64,000 bases of DNA from Roseiarcus sp. (GTDB taxonomy: Bacteria; Pseudomonadota; Alphaproteobacteria; Rhizobiales; Beijerinckiaceae): positions 141 to 64,140 of the forward strand of contig JBEKZS010000011.1 of assembly GCA_049509635.1 (NCBI GenBank), written 5' to 3'. Positions 58,972 to 64,000 of the stretch are shown in pieces. Made by a program: the position numbers and the translations under genes. Numbering within the stretch: the stretch's first letter is position 1; the number at the start of each line of letters is the position of its first letter. The notes beneath the pieces are model-generated. The model was not told the DNA's origin, searched no databases, and saw only the letters and a list, made by a program, of their open reading frames with translations.

Positions 58972-60273
58972 GTGTCGATGAAGCAATCCGAATCTATGCG
59001 GCGGATCCGCCGAATCGTGCTGGCGGCGGCGGCTTGCGCGGCGGCGGCTCTCCTGGCGGGACCGGCGGCGCTGGCCCAGCAAGCGGACGCGGACAAGTCG
59101 TCCCAGGCCGAATGGCCGCAATCCTGGGACGCATCGCCGCGCCTCGTCGTCGACCGCGAGACCACCCCGGTCCTGTCGCCCGAGACGCTCGCGGCGACGG
59201 AAGCGGCGGTCGCCAAATACCAGGGCATCGTCGCCCAGGGCGGCTGGAATCCCGTGCCGTCCGGGGCCGAATTGAAGATCGGGGTCAAGTCGACGGCGGT
59301 GCAGGCCCTGCGGCGGCGGCTGATCGTGTCGGGCGATCTCGATCCGGTCGCCGGCGCCGGGGCCGTGTTCGATTCGTTCGTCGAGGCGGCGGTCAAGCGA
59401 TTCCAGGCGCGCCACGGGCTGAGCCAGACCGGCGTCGTCGCCGAACAGACTTTCGCCGAACTCAACATCCCGGCCGAGGCGCGGCTTCAGCAGCTCGAGA
59501 TCAACATCGTCCGCCTGCGGGCCTTTTCGGGCAATCTCGGCGAGCGGTTCGTGATGGTCAACATCCCGGCGGCGGCGGTCGAGACGGTCGAGAACGACGT
59601 CGTCTATTCCCACCACGTCGCCGGCGTCGGCAAGATCGATCGCCAGTCGCCGATCATGCAGGCCAAGGCGACCCAGATCAATTTCAACCCGTTCTGGACG
59701 GTGCCGCCCTCGCTGATCAAGAAGGACCTCATCCCCAAGATGCAGGCCGATCCGACCTATCTGACTGAGGAGAAGATCCGCGTCTTCAACAAGGAGGGAC
59801 AGGAGGTCGATCCGCAGACGATCAACTGGAATTCGCTCGACGCCACCAACTACAAATACCGGCAGGACACCGGCGCCGACATCAATTCGCTCGGCTTCGT
59901 GCGCGTCAACATTCCCAATCCCTATGGCGTCTACATGCACGACACGCCCTCGAAGGGCATTTTCGGCGACGATTTCCGCTTCGTGTCGTCCGGCTGCGTG
60001 CGCGTCCAGGACGTGCGCGACTATGTCGCCTGGCTGCTGAAGGAAACGCCGGGCTGGTCGCGCGACCAGATCGACGAGGTCATTCGATCCGGCCAGCGTC
60101 TGGACGTCACCCTGGTCAAGCCGGTCAACGTCTATTGGGTCTATGTCACGGCCTGGGCGACGCCGGATGGCGTCGTCCAGTTCCGCCCGGACATCTACCA
60201 GCGCGACGGCGCGGGGCCGGGGCCGGTACAGACCCCGGTGCCCGAGGAGCCGTTGCCGATCGTGCAGGAATAG
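58972..60273 (+). CDS. YcbB/LdtD-type L,D-transpeptidase with peptidoglycan-binding domain (LdtP-like)
   Basis: Signal peptide, AVKRFQARHGL PG-binding motif, MVNIPAA, YMHDTP...SSGCVRV catalytic motif; start could be 58996. Confidence 0.9.
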   Translation: MSMKQSESMRRIRRIVLAAAACAAAALLAGPAALAQQADADKSSQAEWPQSWDASPRLVVDRETTPVLSPETLAATEAAVAKYQGIVAQGGWNPVPSGAELKIGVKSTAVQALRRRLIVSGDLDPVAGAGAVFDSFVEAAVKRFQARHGLSQTGVVAEQTFAELNIPAEARLQQLEINIVRLRAFSGNLGERFVMVNIPAAAVETVENDVVYSHHVAGVGKIDRQSPIMQAKATQINFNPFWTVPPSLIKKDLIPKMQADPTYLTEEKIRVFNKEGQEVDPQTINWNSLDATNYKYRQDTGADINSLGFVRVNIPNPYGVYMHDTPSKGIFGDDFRFVSSGCVRVQDVRDYVAWLLKETPGWSRDQIDEVIRSGQRLDVTLVKPVNVYWVYVTAWATPDGVVQFRPDIYQRDGAGPGPVQTPVPEEPLPIVQE

Positions 60274-60461
60274 CGCGGCGCGGCCGCGCGACCACGGCGA
60301 AACCGTCCCGGGCGCGAGGCGAAGTCGCTTCGGGACCAAGGCGATGCGGCGCGGGCTTGCCTCGCCGGCCTGCGGAGCGATAAGTCTCCCCTCGCCGGCG
60401 GCGAAGCGCAATTGGCGCCTCGCGCGATTCCGGGCGAGGCGCGGCCGCGCGGGAAGGTTCC

Positions 60462-61310
60462 ATGCCGACCAATCCGATCGTCGAGGCCGGGCGCGGCGCC
60501 GGGGCCGTGCGGTTCGGCGCCGACCTGCCGCTCGCCGTGATCGCCGGCCCCTGCCAGCTCGAGAGCCGCGCCCATGCGCTGGAAATGGCGGGCGCCCTGC
60601 GGGCGATCGCGCGCAAGCTCGGCGTCGGGCTCGTGTTCAAGACTTCGTTCGACAAGGCCAACCGCACCTCGGGCGCCGGCCAGCGCGGCGTCGGTCTCGA
60701 GGAAGCGCTGCCGATCTTCGCCGAGATCCGAGATTCGCTCGGCCTGCCGGTGCTGACCGACGTGCACGAGGCCGGGCAATGCGCGCTCGCCGCGCGAGCG
60801 GTCGACGTGCTGCAGATTCCGGCGTTCCTGTGCCGGCAGACCGACCTGCTGGTCGCCGCCGCGCGCACCGGCCGGGCGGTGAACGTCAAGAAGGGGCAGT
60901 TCCTCGCGCCATGGGACATGAAGCACGTCGTCGCCAAACTGACCGCGGCCGGCGGGACCGACGTGCTGGTGACGGAGCGCGGCGTCAGTTTCGGCTACAA
61001 CACGCTGGTCTCGGACATGCGCGCGCTGCCGATCATGGCCCGGGAGACCGGCGCGCCCGTCATCTTCGACGCCACCCATTCGGTCCAGCAGCCGGGCGGG
61101 CAGGGCGCCTCGTCGGGCGGCCAGCGCGAATTCGTCGCCGTGCTCGCGCGCGCGGCGGTCGCCGTCGGCGTGGCGGGCGTGTTCATCGAAACGCATCAGG
61201 ATCCCGATCGCGCGCCCTCGGACGGGCCCAACATGGTGCCGCTGCGCGATTTCGAGGCGCTGATCGGCGACCTCCTGGCTTTCGATCGCCTCGCCAAGCG
61301 TCGGCCGTGA
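60462..61310 (+). CDS. kdsA: 3-deoxy-8-phosphooctulonate (KDO-8-P) synthase
   Basis: [58 protein letters not shown]. Confidence 0.97.
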   Translation: MPTNPIVEAGRGAGAVRFGADLPLAVIAGPCQLESRAHALEMAGALRAIARKLGVGLVFKTSFDKANRTSGAGQRGVGLEEALPIFAEIRDSLGLPVLTDVHEAGQCALAARAVDVLQIPAFLCRQTDLLVAAARTGRAVNVKKGQFLAPWDMKHVVAKLTAAGGTDVLVTERGVSFGYNTLVSDMRALPIMARETGAPVIFDATHSVQQPGGQGASSGGQREFVAVLARAAVAVGVAGVFIETHQDPDRAPSDGPNMVPLRDFEALIGDLLAFDRLAKRRP

Positions 61311-61367
61311 ATCGCGACGTCCCGGCCGGCGTCATGGTCCAGTCATGCGTCGCGGCTATGCCGAGGC

Positions 61368-62264
61368 ATGGACGATTTCCTGTTCAGCTATGCGACGCCG
61401 GCCGACCCGCCCGTCAAAAGGGCGCTCATCCGGCTGGTGGAACGGGCGACCGGCCAGCCCGAGCTGAAGCGCCTCTATCTCGACAACCAGCGCCATCCCC
61501 GCCCGAGCGAGAGCTTCTGGTCCGCCGCCGTCCGTTCGCTCGCCCTCGACGTGGTCCATGACGAGCTGGCGCTGGCCCGGCTGCCGCGCAGCGGTCCCAC
61601 GGTCTTCGTGGCCAATCATCCCTATGGCGTTCTCGACGGGATCGTCATTTCCTGGCTCGTCCACAAGGTGCGGCCCGATTTCCTGGTGCTGACCAACGCC
61701 GTGCTGATGCGCGCGCCGGAGGTGCGCGACTACGTGCTGCCGATCGATTTCTCCAATACGCCCGGGGCGCGCGCGATGAACCTGAAGTCGCGCGCGGCCG
61801 CACGCGCGCAACTCGACCGGGGCGGCGCGGTGGTGATGTTTCCGGCGGGCGCGGTCTCGACGGCGCCCGATCGTCTCGGCTTCCGCCCCGCCAGGGACGC
61901 GGCGTGGCAGCCGTTCGTCGCCCAGCTGATCCAGCGCTCGAAGGCGACCGTGGCGCCGATCTGGTTCGACGGCCAGAACAGCCGCCTGTTCCAGATCGCC
62001 AGCCATGTCAGCCAGACCCTGCGGCTTTCCCTGCTGTTCCACGAGGTGACGACGCGGATCGGGACGACCCTGCCGGTGGCGATCGGCGCCCCGATCCCGT
62101 TCGCAAAAATCGCCCATCTCGCCGACCGGCAGGCGCTGGCCGACCATCTGATGAACCGCACCTACGCGCTCGCCTTCAGCGCGCCCGAGCCGGCCCGCGG
62201 CCAGGTCGCCGGCGCCGGGCTGCGCGGCAAGCTCGAGCGATTGCGGCGCCGGCTCGCGGCCTGA
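61368..62264 (+). CDS. Lysophospholipid acyltransferase-family protein
   Basis: VANHPYGVLDG, FPAGAVS, FDGQNSRLFQ. Confidence 0.85.
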   Translation: MDDFLFSYATPADPPVKRALIRLVERATGQPELKRLYLDNQRHPRPSESFWSAAVRSLALDVVHDELALARLPRSGPTVFVANHPYGVLDGIVISWLVHKVRPDFLVLTNAVLMRAPEVRDYVLPIDFSNTPGARAMNLKSRAAARAQLDRGGAVVMFPAGAVSTAPDRLGFRPARDAAWQPFVAQLIQRSKATVAPIWFDGQNSRLFQIASHVSQTLRLSLLFHEVTTRIGTTLPVAIGAPIPFAKIAHLADRQALADHLMNRTYALAFSAPEPARGQVAGAGLRGKLERLRRRLAA

Positions 62265-62270
62265 GCGCGT

Positions 62271-62744
62271 CTATCCGCGGCCGCGGTAGGGGGCGACTCC
62301 CTGGTCCGGGACCCAGACCCCCTTCGGCAGGGCGCCGGTCTGCCAGAACACGTCGATGGGAATGCCGCCGCGCGGGAACCAATAGCCGCCGATCCGCAGC
62401 CAGCGCGGCGCCAGCAGGGCGGCGACGTCCTTGCCGATCCGCACCGTGCAATCCTCGTGGAAGGCGCCATGGTTGCGGAAGCTGCCGAGATAGAGCTTCA
62501 GCGACTTCGATTCGACGAGCCAGCGGTCCGGCGCCACATCGATCACCAGATGCGCAAAGTCGGGCTGGCCGGTGACCGGGCACAGCGAGGTGAATTCGGG
62601 CGCCGTGAAGCGCGCGACATAGTCGGCGTCGGAATGCGGATTGGCGACGCGTTCGAGAATCGACGCGTGCGGGCGCTCCGGTTGCGCGGAGAGATGGCCG
62701 AGATGGGTCAGGACGGCGGGCGATTTCGACTTCGGCTTGGGCAT
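62271..62744 (-). CDS. queF: NADPH-dependent preQ0 reductase (type I)
   Basis: [38 protein letters not shown]. Confidence 0.96.
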   Translation of the reverse strand: MPKPKSKSPAVLTHLGHLSAQPERPHASILERVANPHSDADYVARFTAPEFTSLCPVTGQPDFAHLVIDVAPDRWLVESKSLKLYLGSFRNHGAFHEDCTVRIGKDVAALLAPRWLRIGGYWFPRGGIPIDVFWQTGALPKGVWVPDQGVAPYRGRG

Positions 62745-62833
62745 GAGCGACCTGGGCGGCGTTGCGGCGACTGGCGCCGCCTTCCGTCTCCCGCTTTGCC
62801 GGCGAAGGAAAGCCCCCTCGGCCGTCCGGGCCC

Positions 62834-64000
62834 TCAGGCGCCCTGTCCGACCGGCGCATCCGCCGGCGGCCGCTCCAGCGCCGGATTGTGGCCGAGGACG
62901 AGGACGATCGCGGCGCCGACGATCGCGCAGGCCGCCAGGAACATCAGGCTCGCAAAATCGCCGCCCGTCGCGTCCTTGAGCTGGCCGAACACCTTCGGGC
63001 CGAAGAAGCCGCCGAGGTTGCCGATCGAATTGACCGCGGCGATGCCGGCCGCCGCGCCCGTGCCGGTGAGGAAGGTCGTCGGCAGCGTCCAGAACACCGG
63101 CAGCACGGAGAAAAATCCGAACCCGGCGACGCACAGGAAGATCATCTTGGTCAGCGGAGTCGGCATGACCGCGGCGAGCGCCAGGCCGATGACGATGATC
63201 CCGAGCGGGATCACGGCATGCCATTTGCGCTCGGCCGACTGGTCCGAGTGGCGGCTCCACAGCAGCATGCCGGCGGCGCCCACGAGATAGGGCAGCGCGG
63301 TGATCAGGCCGACCTCGAAGTTGCTCAATTGGCCGAAACCCTTGACGATCTGCGGCAGGAAGAAGCTCAGCCCGTATTGGGGAATGTTGCAGCCCATATA
63401 GACGAAGCCGAGCGCGATCACCCGCACGTCGAGCATCGAGCGGAGCCACGACATCTGGCCGTGCCGTTCGCGATTGGCGCGTTCGGCGTCGAGCCGCGCC
63501 TGCAGCCATTCGCTCTCCTGCGGATCGAGCCAATGCGCCTCGCGCGGCCGATCGGTCAGGTAGTAGAGGACGGCCAGAGTCATCAGCAGCGCCGGCAGGG
63601 CTTCCAGGATGAACATCCATTGCCAGCCGTGCAGGCCGGCCACGCCTTCGAGATTGAGGATGAGGCCGGAAATCGGCGCGCCGATCACGGTCGAGATCGG
63701 AATCGCGAACATGAACCAGCCGACGATGCGGGCCCGGTAGGCCGCGGGGAACCACAGCGTCAGAAAGAAGATGACGCCGGGGAAGAAGCCCGCTTCCGCC
63801 GCGCCCAGCAGCAGGCGCACGAAGTTCAGGCTGTATTCGCCGACCACGAACGCCTGCGCGCCGGTGATCAGCCCCCAGGTCAACATGATGCGGGCGATCC
63901 AGAGCCGCGCGCCGAATCGATCGAGCGCGAGATTGCTGGGCACTTCGAAGAAGAAATAGGCGATGAAGAAAATGCCCGCCGCGCCGCCGAACGCCCCCGC
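62834..64000 (-). CDS. MFS transporter (ACS family, TtuB/NicT-like); 5' end lies outside the window
   Basis: [57 protein letters not shown]. Confidence 0.9.
   Translation of the reverse strand, partial: AGAFGGAAGIFFIAYFFFEVPSNLALDRFGARLWIARIMLTWGLITGAQAFVVGEYSLNFVRLLLGAAEAGFFPGVIFFLTLWFPAAYRARIVGWFMFAIPISTVIGAPISGLILNLEGVAGLHGWQWMFILEALPALLMTLAVLYYLTDRPREAHWLDPQESEWLQARLDAERANRERHGQMSWLRSMLDVRVIALGFVYMGCNIPQYGLSFFLPQIVKGFGQLSNFEVGLITALPYLVGAAGMLLWSRHSDQSAERKWHAVIPLGIIVIGLALAAVMPTPLTKMIFLCVAGFGFFSVLPVFWTLPTTFLTGTGAAAGIAAVNSIGNLGGFFGPKVFGQLKDATGGDFASLMFLAACAIVGAAIVLVLGHNPALERPPADAPVGQGA

Overview
GC-rich alphaproteobacterial chromosomal window. Gene orders suggest Hyphomicrobiales/Rhizobiales; this is an inference. 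From left to right: (1) a minus-strand branched-chain amino-acid ABC operon (livH-M-G-F plus DUF6867); (2) a form II cox-like molybdoenzyme cluster (coxG-S-L-M-D, an extra SRPBCC gene, coxE, split xdhC, MoeA-like, mocA); (3) an uncharacterised membrane module (DUF4129-DUF4350-MoxR-DUF58-SpoIIM-RDD) that converges on four tandem paralogous membrane-protein genes, one broken by a single in-frame TAG; (4) the ribosomal/RNA polymerase supercluster from rplK to adk. The supercluster lacks its usual flanks (no secE-nusG before it, no rpsM-rpsK-rpoA-rplQ after it) and has a GT-C glycosyltransferase gene inserted between rplA and rplJ. Its L6 is missing 11 residues including the conserved GVGY motif, and its L5 has a repeat-rich N-terminal extension. 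(5) Enoyl-CoA hydratase-family gene, DUF6163, ldtR-ldtP, kdsA, an acyltransferase, queF and a partial MFS transporter. No rRNA, tRNA, CRISPR array or mobile element was seen. All family assignments come from motif recognition, not from database searches.
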